Shown here piece after piece: positions 41,078 through 51,884 of a DNA stretch of 64,000 nucleotides. Position 1 is the stretch's first letter. Each line of letters starts with the position of its first letter. The position numbers and the translations under genes were made by a program. This stretch comes from an uncultured Collinsella sp. (GTDB lineage: Bacteria; Actinomycetota; Coriobacteriia; Coriobacteriales; Coriobacteriaceae). The DNA lies in contig CATZRJ010000002.1 of assembly GCA_958423535.1 (NCBI GenBank), positions 11,987 to 75,986 of the forward strand, in the 5' to 3' direction. The notes beneath the pieces were generated by a model that saw nothing but the letters and a program-made list of their open reading frames with translations, was not told where the DNA came from and did no database searches.

Positions 41078-41641
41078 TTAGTCGATAGCGCCGATGCGGT
41101 TGAGCGGCCAGTAGCGCACAAGCGCCACGGCGATCAAATCAGAGCGATCGACGGGACCAAAGTAACGTGAGTCGGCAGAGTTTTCGCGGTTGTCGCCCAT
41201 CACCCACACGCACCCGTCGGGAACGGTGTAGGGATAGCTTACCTGAGCGCCGGGAGCCTGGACCGAAAGCGGCCAGCTCATGCCGGTCGTGTAGTCCTCG
41301 TCGAGCGCCTGGCCGTCAACGACCACCTTGCCGTCCCGAAGGTCGACCGTCTGGCCGGCCGTGGCAATAACACGCTTGACGAGAACATCGTGCTCGGAGG
41401 TGACATCGGGGTTGTGGAACACCACGATATCGCCTTGGCTGACAGGCTGGCCGAGCTTAAGGCTCACCTTTTGCGCCAGGATCTGGTCGCCGATCTCGAT
41501 CGTGGACTCCATGGAGCCGGTGGGCACCACAAAGGGTTCGACCACAAACGAGCGAATCAGGAAGGTGGCGACCAGTGCGATCGCGACGACCACGATCCAC
41601 TCAAACGCACCCTTTAGCACGGAATGCTGCGATGGAACCAT
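41078..41641 (-). CDS. lepB: signal peptidase I
   Basis: single TM, PTGSME, VKRVI, MGDNRENSADSRYFG. Confidence 0.94.
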   Translation of the reverse strand: MVPSQHSVLKGAFEWIVVVAIALVATFLIRSFVVEPFVVPTGSMESTIEIGDQILAQKVSLKLGQPVSQGDIVVFHNPDVTSEHDVLVKRVIATAGQTVDLRDGKVVVDGQALDEDYTTGMSWPLSVQAPGAQVSYPYTVPDGCVWVMGDNRENSADSRYFGPVDRSDLIAVALVRYWPLNRIGAID

Positions 41642-41643
41642 TC

Positions 41644-42402
41644 TCACTCCTTGCTCTGCGAATACGATGCGTCCAGGATGTCCTGCGCGTATGCGCGCTC
41701 CTCGGGCGTAAGCCGCGCCGTCTCGATCAGGTCGGGACGCCAGCGGCAGGTGCGCTCGATGGCATTCTTACGGCGCCAGGCGTCAACCTTGGCATGGTCA
41801 CCGCTCACGAGCACCGGCGGCACGCCCTCGCCGTTGAACTCGGCGGGACGGGTGTACTGCGCGTACTCGAGCAGGCCACCGTCCTCGGCAGTCGAGAACG
41901 ACTCATCGACATTGCTCATCTCGTCACCAAGGGCGCCGGGAATCAAACGTACGACGGCATCGGCAACGACCATAGCGGGAAGCTCGCCGCCCGTAAGCAC
42001 GTAGTCGCCGATCGACAGGCGCTCGTCGGCATACGCATAAGCGCGCTCGTCGACGCCCTCGTAGCGGCTGCAAACAAACAGCAGGCGCTCGCTTTTGAGC
42101 AGGCGCTCGGCCACATGCTGCGTAAAGGGTTCGCCGCAGGGCGTAAAGAACACCACGGTGGGCTTGGGACCCTCGGAACTAATAGCCTCGATGGCCTCGG
42201 CGATGGGCTCGACCTTCATAAGCATGCCCTGCCCGCCGCCGTACGGCTCGTCATCGACGGTACGATGGCGGTCGTGCGTCCAGTCGCGCAGGTTATAGGC
42301 CTTAAAATCAAAAAGGCCGGCCTTGCGGGCGCGGCCCAAAATCGACGTGGACATGACGGGCTCAAACATCTCGGGAAAGACCGAAAGGGTCTCAATCAGC
42401 AT
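41644..42402 (-). CDS. trmD: tRNA (guanine37-N1)-methyltransferase
   Basis: VDDEPYGGGQGM, RYEGVDER, SIGDYVLTGGE. Confidence 0.96.
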   Translation of the reverse strand: MLIETLSVFPEMFEPVMSTSILGRARKAGLFDFKAYNLRDWTHDRHRTVDDEPYGGGQGMLMKVEPIAEAIEAISSEGPKPTVVFFTPCGEPFTQHVAERLLKSERLLFVCSRYEGVDERAYAYADERLSIGDYVLTGGELPAMVVADAVVRLIPGALGDEMSNVDESFSTAEDGGLLEYAQYTRPAEFNGEGVPPVLVSGDHAKVDAWRRKNAIERTCRWRPDLIETARLTPEERAYAQDILDASYSQSKE

Positions 42403-42412
42403 GTTGTCCTCC

Positions 42413-42934
42413 CTACTTGTCCATATCAATCAACCCGTCCATAACGTGGACGGAAATTGTCCCCTGATCGGGAAGATCGAGCACAACCTGCTCGATCACG
42501 GGAATCAGCACCTCGCCGTACCGATCGCCCTCGACAACCCAAACATCGTTGGCGGGCGTCGACATGATCTCGACAATCGTGCCGAGCGAACCGAAACGCT
42601 CGTCGACCACCTCGCGACCCATCAGATCGGTATAGGCGGCATCGAGCGAATCGAGCTCAAAGTCGTCACGATTTGCCAGCACGTAGCATCCGGTGATGCC
42701 CTCGGCGGCCGTCAAGTCATCAATGCCCTCAAACGAGACCAGATCGCCATCGCCCGTATCGGTGACGGATGTGACCGTGCAAAAACGGTCACGCTTGAGC
42801 GCCGGCGGCGTCAAGGCGACGCGCATACCCGGCGTCAATACAGAAGGAAGCCCCCGCAGCGGCTGCGCGAGGACCTCCCCCTTCCTTCCGTGCGGCTTGA
42901 CCACACGGGCGATGTTTTTGTACTGGGACCTCAA
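42413..42934 (-). CDS. rimM: ribosome maturation factor RimM
   Basis: KPHGRKGE, PANDV, EVLIP; position in rpsP-khpA-rimM-trmD operon. Confidence 0.9.
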   Translation of the reverse strand: MRSQYKNIARVVKPHGRKGEVLAQPLRGLPSVLTPGMRVALTPPALKRDRFCTVTSVTDTGDGDLVSFEGIDDLTAAEGITGCYVLANRDDFELDSLDAAYTDLMGREVVDERFGSLGTIVEIMSTPANDVWVVEGDRYGEVLIPVIEQVVLDLPDQGTISVHVMDGLIDMDK

Positions 42935-42938
42935 GGTC

Positions 42939-43223
42939 CTAGCCCAGAACCTCTACCTCGACTGCAGTGTCGAGGCGAGCGGCCAGTGCACGGGCGAGCG
43001 TGCGAATGGCCTTGATGGTACGGCCACGACGGCCGATGACCTTAGCGACGTCATCCTCGGCAACCGAAACCTCAATCGTGGAGGCGTCGTCACCATCGAT
43101 GACCTCAAGGCTCACGGAATCCGGGTCGTCGACGATCTGAACAACGAGATATTCGACGAGATCGGCGATGCGATCTGAGAGCATTGCCTCACCCTCGAGC
43201 TGTGCAGCGTCAACCTCAGGCAC
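42939..43223 (-). CDS. khpA: KH-domain RNA-binding protein KhpA
   Basis: KVIGRRGRTIKAIRT GxxG motif. Confidence 0.9.
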   Translation of the reverse strand: MPEVDAAQLEGEAMLSDRIADLVEYLVVQIVDDPDSVSLEVIDGDDASTIEVSVAEDDVAKVIGRRGRTIKAIRTLARALAARLDTAVEVEVLG

Positions 43224-43226
43224 GAT

Positions 43227-43568
43227 TTACTCCTCGGCGCCCTCAGCGGCCTCAGCGGCAGCCTTAGCGGCCTCGGCCTCTTTGGCGAGCTGCTTCTTGG
43301 ACTTCTTGACGACGGTCTCGGTCTTCTCGCCCTCGTTGGCGGCCTTGACCAGAGCAGCGACGGCGTCGGTGAGCTGAGCGCCCTTGGACTGCCAGTCAGC
43401 GATCTTCTCGAGATCGAGGTTGATGGTCTTGGGGGCGGTCATCGGGTTGTAGCGGCCAACCTCCTCGATGATACGACCGTCACGCGGGGCGCGGGAATCG
43501 GCGACGACGACACGGTAGTACGGACGCTTCTTAGCGCCGTGACGAGCAAGGCGAATCTTGACTGCCAA
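43227..43568 (-). CDS. rpsP: 30S ribosomal protein S16
   Basis: [26 protein letters not shown] start with GGAGGAG SD. Confidence 0.96.
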   Translation of the reverse strand: MAVKIRLARHGAKKRPYYRVVVADSRAPRDGRIIEEVGRYNPMTAPKTINLDLEKIADWQSKGAQLTDAVAALVKAANEGEKTETVVKKSKKQLAKEAEAAKAAAEAAEGAEE

Positions 43569-43769
43569 AGGAAACTCCTCCAACCAAGCAGCTTTAGGCT
43601 GCAACTACAAACAAACAGTTGAACATAATACGCCATCGACGCGGGCAGGTGAAGTCCGTGAGACCAACTTCTTCGGTGTAGTCGAAGGCAAATCCATATC
43701 TTAGACAAGAATTCGCGATTTGCAAGCACATCCACGCACCCCACATGAGCTGCGCGGTATACTCATGCC

Positions 43770-45023
43770 ATGAAAATACGCGAACACACATACGGTTATG
43801 AGGATGCTGCGGGCGTCACGCCGCCGCCCTGGACGGGACCGGCGGTGGGCCTCATGGATCTCGATGCGTTTTTTGCGAGCGTGGAGATGCTCGACCATCC
43901 CGAGTGGCGCGGCAAGCCGCTCATCGTGGGTGGCGATGCCGATTCCCGCGGCGTCGTGTCCACCTGCTCCTACGAGGCGCGCCGCTTTGGCGTGCATTCC
44001 GCCATGCCCTCGGCCGAGGCACGGCGCCTCTGTCCGCAGGCCATTTGGACGCATGGGCATTTCAGTCGCTACCACGAGGTCAGCGCACAGGTCATGGCGA
44101 TTCTCGCCGACGAGACCCCGCGCGTTGAGCGCGTATCAATTGACGAGGCCTTTATCGATATCACACCGGGCCGCTTTGCGCCCGAAGATCCGCTGCTGGT
44201 TGCGCGGCGGATAAGCGACCGCGTGGCAGCGCTGGGAGTGACCTGCTCCATTGGCGTAGGCTGCAACAAGACGGTCGCAAAGATCGCAAGCGAGAGGGAC
44301 AAACCGTTTGGGCTGACCATCGTGCGCCCTGGAACCGAGCAGCGCTTTTTGGCCGCGCTGCCGGTATCTGCCATGAGTGGCATCGGGCGCTCGGCCGAGG
44401 AGCGACTGCGCCGCATGCGCATCTATACACTCGGCGAGCTGTCACGCGCGCCCGAATCAACCCTAGCCTCTATTTTTGGCATCAACGGCGAACGCATGCG
44501 CCAACGTGCGCTGGGGCTCGAAATCTCCGAAGTCACGAGTCTCGATGAAGAGCGCGAGGTCAAGTCGGTCAGCAATGAACGCACCTTTGCGAACGATTTA
44601 ACTGAGCGTGGGGACATCGAAGCGGCGATTGCGCTGTTGGGAGAGTCGGTGGGACGCCGCCTGCGCCGTCAGGGACTAACGGGCGCCACGGTGACGCTCA
44701 AACTCAAGTATTCGTATGGAAGCGGTCGCTCGGCACAGCGCCGGCTGCCTCATCCGACCGACGATGAGAACATCTTTGTGGCAGTGGCGCTCGAACTGCT
44801 CGACAACATCTGGCAGGAAGGCATGCATGTGCGCCTGGCGGGCATCGGCATGAGCGACTTTGACCATCAGGGCGGCATCCAGACCGACCTGTTCTGCGAA
44901 GTCGACGACCGCGGAGCCCAATCCAGCGACCGTCGCGACCTCTCAGTCGCCATCGACGCCGTCCGAGACAAGTTCGGCGACACCGCCCTGTCCTTCGGCC
45001 GCCAATCCCGCTTCAACGATTAG
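43770..45023 (+). CDS. dinB: DNA polymerase IV
   Basis: DLDAFFASVE, SYEARRFGV, SIDEAF, AKIAS...KP.G. Confidence 0.95.
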   Translation: MKIREHTYGYEDAAGVTPPPWTGPAVGLMDLDAFFASVEMLDHPEWRGKPLIVGGDADSRGVVSTCSYEARRFGVHSAMPSAEARRLCPQAIWTHGHFSRYHEVSAQVMAILADETPRVERVSIDEAFIDITPGRFAPEDPLLVARRISDRVAALGVTCSIGVGCNKTVAKIASERDKPFGLTIVRPGTEQRFLAALPVSAMSGIGRSAEERLRRMRIYTLGELSRAPESTLASIFGINGERMRQRALGLEISEVTSLDEEREVKSVSNERTFANDLTERGDIEAAIALLGESVGRRLRRQGLTGATVTLKLKYSYGSGRSAQRRLPHPTDDENIFVAVALELLDNIWQEGMHVRLAGIGMSDFDHQGGIQTDLFCEVDDRGAQSSDRRDLSVAIDAVRDKFGDTALSFGRQSRFND

Positions 45024-45033
45024 TCCCTATGGC

Positions 45034-45075
45034 AAAAAGAAAGCCGGGCAGCTGCGAATGGCGCAACTGACCGGC
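45034..45075 (-). terminator. terminator between convergent dinB and rsfS
   Basis: GCCGG...CCGGC stem with T-rich tail on minus strand. Confidence 0.6.
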
Positions 45076-45085
45076 GAACGGTAAA

Positions 45086-45119
45086 GGGTAGCTAAAAAGC
45101 CCCGTCCCAAATGAACTAC
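45086..45119 (-). repeat. REP-like element (GTAG...CTAC termini)
   Basis: GTAGTTCATTTGGGACGGGGCTTTTTAGCTACCC on minus strand, abutting the rsfS stop. Confidence 0.6.
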
Positions 45120-45574
45120 TAAAGGAGGTCGAGGGGAAGCTGGGGAGCGTCACCCCAGAGCTTCTCGAGACGGTAGAACTCGCGGGCCTCGGGGGTAAAG
45201 ACGTGGACGACAACCGAGCCGTAGTCCATGAGCATCCAGGTCTTCTGCTCACGGCCCTCGATGGAGAACGGATGCTCGCCGCAAGCCTCGGCAACCTTCT
45301 CCTCAATTTCGTCGACGATCGAATCAACCTGGCGGTTGTTGGTGCCGGTAGCAATGACAAAGTAGTCGCAAACATCGGAAAGCTCAGTCAGGTCGAGCAC
45401 CTGAACGTCCTCGCCTTTCTTGTCGTAGGCGGCCTGCGCGGCAGCGCGAGCGACATCCTCGGCGGCGACACCGCTCGCGGACAGCGAGGCGGCAGTGCGG
45501 TCGGACGTGGCAACGAAACTCTTGTGCTCCACACCTTCAAGAATCTGCTCGTCGGTCATGGTCTCGTCGGCCAT
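45119..45574 (-). CDS. rsfS: ribosome silencing factor RsfS
   Basis: DKKGED, DYFVIATG, WMLMDYG, R.FY.LEKLW. Confidence 0.94.
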   Translation of the reverse strand: MADETMTDEQILEGVEHKSFVATSDRTAASLSASGVAAEDVARAAAQAAYDKKGEDVQVLDLTELSDVCDYFVIATGTNNRQVDSIVDEIEEKVAEACGEHPFSIEGREQKTWMLMDYGSVVVHVFTPEAREFYRLEKLWGDAPQLPLDLL

Positions 45575-45601
45575 GGAATACCTCTTTCTAGACAGCCCGA
45601 G

Positions 45602-46213
45602 CTAGCGCAGCTGGGCGTAATGGTTGTAAATCGTAATAGCCGTGGGATAAAGATAACGCCCGGTCTGGATCACATAGACCAGACCCTGAGCAAAACAGGA
45701 GAAGAACAACTCGTCGAGCGAGGACTTCCCCACCATCTTGCGCAGCGCATGGGCATAATCGCCATGGCGGTTGGGTTCGATGGCATCGGCCACAAAGACC
45801 ACCATATCGAGCGGCGTCATGTCGCAAGCGCCCACGGTGTGACGGTCGACAGCCTGAAAGACCGCCGGCGACAGCTCAGGAAAAAGCTGCGGAAGCTCAT
45901 AGGCGGCAACCGGGCCATGCAAAAGCGGCGTCGCGGCAGACGGAGAGCCGGCAATCTTAATGCCATAATGCAGAGCGCGCGTGACCAGCTCGTCGTCGGA
46001 GAGCACCTTGTCCCAGTCATGGAGCAGGCCGGCGGCAGCGGCATCAAAGCGGTCGACACCGTATACCTCGGCTAGGTGCAGCGCAGTCTCGGCAACCCCG
46101 AGCGAATGCACGTAGCGCTTACGTTTATCCTTCATGCGCACATCGAGCAACTCGTGGATACGCATCAAGAGCGCGCGCTCGTCGCCCTCAAACTGATCTT
46201 CTACCGACAACAT
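45602..46213 (-). CDS. yqeK: HD-domain Ap4A hydrolase YqeK
   Basis: RYVHS, LLHD, LHG, HT, ADAIEP; follows nadD. Confidence 0.88.
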   Translation of the reverse strand: MLSVEDQFEGDERALLMRIHELLDVRMKDKRKRYVHSLGVAETALHLAEVYGVDRFDAAAAGLLHDWDKVLSDDELVTRALHYGIKIAGSPSAATPLLHGPVAAYELPQLFPELSPAVFQAVDRHTVGACDMTPLDMVVFVADAIEPNRHGDYAHALRKMVGKSSLDELFFSCFAQGLVYVIQTGRYLYPTAITIYNHYAQLR

Positions 46214-46222
46214 AGACCCCCA

Positions 46223-46900
46223 TCATTCAAAATCGTCTTGCCCAAGATCGGCATACAGGCCGCGTTTACGGATATAGCCGAGCACGGACTCGCTCGTTAG
46301 ATAGCGCACGCTCATGCCGCGGGCAACCCGCTTGCGAATGTTGGTCGAGCTAATCGCCAGCGCCGGAATCTGGATATAGCGCACGTCGAACGGCAGTCCC
46401 GATTCCTTAATCCGCGCCCGGGCCGTATCGATGTCAAAGCCGGGACGCGTCGCAGCAATAAAGGTTGCCAGTTCGGCAATCTCATCGGCATTGTGCCAGG
46501 TCACAATATCGATAATCGCATCGGCACCCGTAATAAAGTAGAGCTTTACCTGAGGCGGGTAAAAGTCGCGAAGGGCATGAAGCGTATCGGCCGTATAGGT
46601 CACGCCAGGACGGTCGATCTCGAAACGGCTCGCCAAAAAAGCCGGATTCGCAGCGGTGGCGAGGACCGTCATGGCATAACGGTCCTCGGCAGGCGTCACC
46701 GGTTTGTCGAGCTTAAAGGCGGGAGAGCCGGCCGGCATAAAGAGCACGGCGTCCAAGTCGAGCGACTCGCGCGCCTGCTCGGCGGTAACCAAGTGCCCGT
46801 AATGAATCGGGTCAAAAGTACCACCCATAATGCCGAGCCTAAACTCCTGCCCGTCTTCTAGAGGAAGCTCGGGCAGACCGATTCCACCGCGCAGCGACAT
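46223..46900 (-). CDS. nadD: nicotinate-nucleotide adenylyltransferase
   Basis: GGTFDPIHYGH, ITGAD, ISSTNIR. Confidence 0.95.
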   Translation of the reverse strand: MSLRGGIGLPELPLEDGQEFRLGIMGGTFDPIHYGHLVTAEQARESLDLDAVLFMPAGSPAFKLDKPVTPAEDRYAMTVLATAANPAFLASRFEIDRPGVTYTADTLHALRDFYPPQVKLYFITGADAIIDIVTWHNADEIAELATFIAATRPGFDIDTARARIKESGLPFDVRYIQIPALAISSTNIRKRVARGMSVRYLTSESVLGYIRKRGLYADLGQDDFE

Positions 46901-46903
46901 GGC

Positions 46904-48382
<1,479 letters not shown>

Positions 48383-48386
48383 CTAC

Positions 48387-48430
48387 AAAAAAGAGGGAGA
48401 CCCTTGAATCCTAAAACTCAAGTGCCTCCC
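48387..48430 (-). terminator. terminator after rpmA
   Basis: GGGAGGCACTTGA...TCAAGGGTCTCCC followed by TCTTTTTT on minus strand. Confidence 0.65.
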
Positions 48431-48455
48431 ACATATGTGCTCTATGAAGGGTGAA

Positions 48456-48713
48456 TTACGCGTTCGCGAGCGGGCGTACGCTGACCCTGTGCTTGATACC
48501 CTTGTGGAACTCAACGGTACCGTCGACCAGCGCGAACAGCGTGTCGTCCTTGCCACGGCCAACGTTCTCACCCGGGTGGATGTGCGTGCCGTGCTGACGG
48601 ACGAGAATCGTGCCCGTGGTTACCGTCTGGCCGGCATAGCGCTTCGTGCCAAGGCGCTGACCGCGGGAGTCACGGCCATTACGGGAGGAACCGAGTCCTT
48701 TTTTGTGTGCCAT
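48456..48713 (-). CDS. rpmA: 50S ribosomal protein L27
   Basis: [25 protein letters not shown]. Confidence 0.97.
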   Translation of the reverse strand: MAHKKGLGSSRNGRDSRGQRLGTKRYAGQTVTTGTILVRQHGTHIHPGENVGRGKDDTLFALVDGTVEFHKGIKHRVSVRPLANA

Positions 48714-48746
48714 TGTGTATACCTACTCTTTCGTTACGAGTGTAAT

Positions 48747-49121
48747 CTACTCGGCGACGGGAGCCTCGGCAACAGCCTCAGCCTCTGCCTTGACAGCCTT
48801 CTTGGCGCGGGAGGTAGCCTGAACCTTCACGATCTTCAGCTTGGTGAGCTGCTGACGGTGACCCTTCAGACGACGATAGCGCTTGCGCTTGTGGAACTTG
48901 AAGACCAGCTGCTTCTCGCCCTTGAACTGCTCAACGATCTGAGCGGTAACCTTGGCCTTGGCCAGCTTGTCGGGATCGGTGACGATCTTCTTACCATCGT
49001 TGAGGAAGATAACCGGCAGGGTGATCTTGTCGCCCTCATTGCCCTCGATCTTCTCGACGGTGATGACATCGTCGGTGGCGACCTTGTACTGCTTGCCGCC
49101 CGTGTTAACGATTGCGTACAT
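48747..49121 (-). CDS. rplU: 50S ribosomal protein L21
   Basis: MYAIVNTGGKQYKV, GHRQ. Confidence 0.97.
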   Translation of the reverse strand: MYAIVNTGGKQYKVATDDVITVEKIEGNEGDKITLPVIFLNDGKKIVTDPDKLAKAKVTAQIVEQFKGEKQLVFKFHKRKRYRRLKGHRQQLTKLKIVKVQATSRAKKAVKAEAEAVAEAPVAE

Positions 49122-49188
49122 GTTTACTTGCCCTTCATGCATCAGTTAGTGCAACAGCCGAATATAGTAGCAGGCGATAATACCCCCG

Positions 49189-50001
49189 TCAACGAGTATG
49201 TGGAGCAAATCCACAAGTTCGCACAGGTATGGGGCTGACGAGTCGGCCCTCGTCGTCCTCGCATGCTTGATTCTGACGCTCGACATCGTAGGAGCAGATG
49301 GTCACGAGGTCTTGCATACCGGTGGAAACAATAGGTGCATCGACGCCCGGGGTCAAGCCCTGCAACAAAACATCAGCGGCAGAAAGCAAAATTTCCGGAC
49401 GCATGGACCCCTCGTTGTCGGCATGGGTGTCGAGCATGAGCACCAAATGGTCCGGGCGCTCCCCTGCCTTAAGCTCATAGCCCACCAGAGTGTGGTCAAG
49501 GTCTAGACGCTTGCTCTTCTTACCGCGTGCGTAGTCGATGCCATGGCCCGCGCGCAACGTGTCGATCGCAGCGCGCACCTCATCGGCGCTCACGGGTGCT
49601 TCGGCGTCCAAGTGTAGGTCGATACGGTACGACAGACGCGTGAGTTGCGCCGTCAGCGCCGGCGTGCGCACGTCGATGTAGGCGGCCTCGATGGGGGCCA
49701 GATCGGCCGGAGAGGCAGCAGCCAGGCGCCCAAACGCCTCGTCGAGTGCAACGAACTCGGTCATAAACAGGTCATACCACTCGCAGGTCGACGACGTTCC
49801 CACCGGCAGCGCCGACGAAAAGCCCACGCGCATGTGCGGAGAGAAGCCCTGCGTCACAGCATAGGGCAGACCCGCACGACGCACGATGCGCTCAATGGTA
49901 TGAATCACTTCGAGATGGCCCAGGTACTTAAGACGGTCGCGCTTGCCATAGCGAACGCGAAGCCTAAAGAGCGTGGGGTTGTCGGTCAGGCGCTCACTCA
50001 T
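49189..50001 (-). CDS. radical SAM-associated protein (TIGR03936/DUF2344-like)
   Basis: YLGHLE...R..RRAGLP....GFSPH...SALPVG..S..E pattern; ATGA-type overlap with the radical SAM gene. Confidence 0.85.
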   Translation of the reverse strand: MSERLTDNPTLFRLRVRYGKRDRLKYLGHLEVIHTIERIVRRAGLPYAVTQGFSPHMRVGFSSALPVGTSSTCEWYDLFMTEFVALDEAFGRLAAASPADLAPIEAAYIDVRTPALTAQLTRLSYRIDLHLDAEAPVSADEVRAAIDTLRAGHGIDYARGKKSKRLDLDHTLVGYELKAGERPDHLVLMLDTHADNEGSMRPEILLSAADVLLQGLTPGVDAPIVSTGMQDLVTICSYDVERQNQACEDDEGRLVSPIPVRTCGFAPHTR

Positions 50002-51875
50002 GCGCGATCACCCACCAATACGTTCTTGACGTGGAGCGTGGGGCAGATTCCGCAGCCGGTGCACGACGTACGGGTACAGTCGGGGGTCGTGACACCCTCC
50101 AGCGAGCGGCGGTATTCGCGCTCGAGGAAGCCGCGCGAGCAGCCGGGACTCACGTGCTCCCAGGGCAGGCGCCAGTCCAGTTCGTAGGGCAGGTGCACGA
50201 GCTCGTTGAGATCGATACCGTTTTTGGCCGCAGCCGACTTCCAGTTGTCGAGCGAAAAATGCTCCACCCAGGCGTCAAAACGCGAGCCCGCACGCCAGGC
50301 GTCGATAATGACCGGCGTCATGTCGCGACCGGCGCGGGACAGCGCGGCCTCGACGAGCGAGGTCTCGGCATCATGGTAGTGAACGCGGACCGCACGGTTA
50401 CGAACGCTCGTAATGAGCAGCTTCTGACGGCGCTTGACGTCGTCGTAATCGAGCTGCGGGCACCATTGGAACGGCGTGGCGGCCTTGGGGATAAACACCG
50501 ACACCGAGATGGACACCGAGATGGAGCCGCGACGCGCCTTGGGAACCACGGAGCGGCCGAGCTCGAGCACGTGGTCGGCCAGGTTGGCGATAGCCACGAT
50601 ATCCTCGTCGCGCTCGCCGGGAAGGCCCATCATGAAGTAGAGCTTCATGCGATTCCAGCCCGCCTCGAAGGCCGCCTTGGCCGCACGGTCCAAGTCCTCC
50701 TCGGTCACGTTCTTGTTGATGATGTCGCGCATGCGCTGACTGCCGGCCTCGGGGGCAAACGTCAGGCCGCCCTTCTTTTCGCCGGCGACCGACTCGGCCA
50801 TATCCACGCCAAACGAATCCAGGCGCTGCGAGGGAATGGACACGCGAATGCCCGTATCTTCCAGACGGCGGTTAAGGCGACCGAGCACATCGCGGATGCA
50901 GGAGTGGTCGGTGGTCGAAAGCGAGGTGAGCGACACCTCGTCATAGCCGGTCTTTTCCAGGCCCTGGATCACCGATGACACGATCTGGTCGGCCGAGCGC
51001 TCGCGTACCGGACGATACGTCATGCCTGCCTGGCAAAAACGGCAGCCGCGGGCGCAGCCACGCAGGATCTCGATAGACAGGCGATCATGGACGAGCTGCG
51101 CATACGGCACGCACGACTGAGAAAGCGGATTGGTGGCACCAAAGTCCTCGACGACGCGCTTGTAGACTACCGGCGGGACGTCCTTGCCCTCGCGCGGCAC
51201 GGTGTAGCCATGCGGCGAGCAGGGCTCGTCATAGCGCACCTCATACAGGGACGGCACATAGGTACCGGCGACCGTCGCGAGCTGCTCGACAATCTGAGCG
51301 CGCGAGACGCCCTCGTCGCGCAGACGGCGATGCAGCTGGCAGATCTCGAGCAGCGACTCCTCGCCCTCGCCAATGAGGATGGCATCGAAGAATGCCGCGT
51401 ACGGCTCGGGGTTATACACCGAGGGACCACCGGCGACGATGATGGGATCGTCCTCGGTACGGTCGGCAGCCAACAGCGGAATGCCGGCGAGATCGAGCGC
51501 TTCGAGGAAGTTCGTCACGGCCATCTCGTGCGGCACGTGCATGCCGACGATGTCGAACGAGGCCACGGGCGCTGCTCCCTCGAGCGACAGCAGCGGAATC
51601 CCCGCCTCGCGCATGGCATCGCCCATATCGGGCCACGGCACGTAGCCGCGCTCGCAGGAAATGCCCTCGGCCTGATTAAGGATGTTGTAGAGAATGGCGA
51701 TGCCCTGGTTGGGCAGACCGACCTCATACACGTCAGGATAGATCATGCAGCAGCGGTAATCGGCATCGGCCTTGGAGAGCGTGCCCCACTCATGGTCGAT
51801 ATAGCGACTCGGCTTTTCGACCTTGGCGAGCAAGGGCTCAATCAAATGAAAACAGTCTTGGTACACAGCGCGCAA
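49998..51875 (-). CDS. B12-binding-like radical SAM protein (TIGR03960-like)
   Basis: KPSRY, PDVYEVG, RGCARGCRFC, TFAPEAGS, YFMMGLPGE, C-terminal C...C..CG.C. Confidence 0.88.
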   Translation of the reverse strand: MRAVYQDCFHLIEPLLAKVEKPSRYIDHEWGTLSKADADYRCCMIYPDVYEVGLPNQGIAILYNILNQAEGISCERGYVPWPDMGDAMREAGIPLLSLEGAAPVASFDIVGMHVPHEMAVTNFLEALDLAGIPLLAADRTEDDPIIVAGGPSVYNPEPYAAFFDAILIGEGEESLLEICQLHRRLRDEGVSRAQIVEQLATVAGTYVPSLYEVRYDEPCSPHGYTVPREGKDVPPVVYKRVVEDFGATNPLSQSCVPYAQLVHDRLSIEILRGCARGCRFCQAGMTYRPVRERSADQIVSSVIQGLEKTGYDEVSLTSLSTTDHSCIRDVLGRLNRRLEDTGIRVSIPSQRLDSFGVDMAESVAGEKKGGLTFAPEAGSQRMRDIINKNVTEEDLDRAAKAAFEAGWNRMKLYFMMGLPGERDEDIVAIANLADHVLELGRSVVPKARRGSISVSISVSVFIPKAATPFQWCPQLDYDDVKRRQKLLITSVRNRAVRVHYHDAETSLVEAALSRAGRDMTPVIIDAWRAGSRFDAWVEHFSLDNWKSAAAKNGIDLNELVHLPYELDWRLPWEHVSPGCSRGFLEREYRRSLEGVTTPDCTRTSCTGCGICPTLHVKNVLVGDRA

Positions 51876-51884
51876 AAGAAACCC

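Noticed and set aside
48456..49121. missing prp between rplU and rpmA
   Set aside because: L27 starts MAHKKG without the cleavable N-terminal extension, so Prp is not expected.
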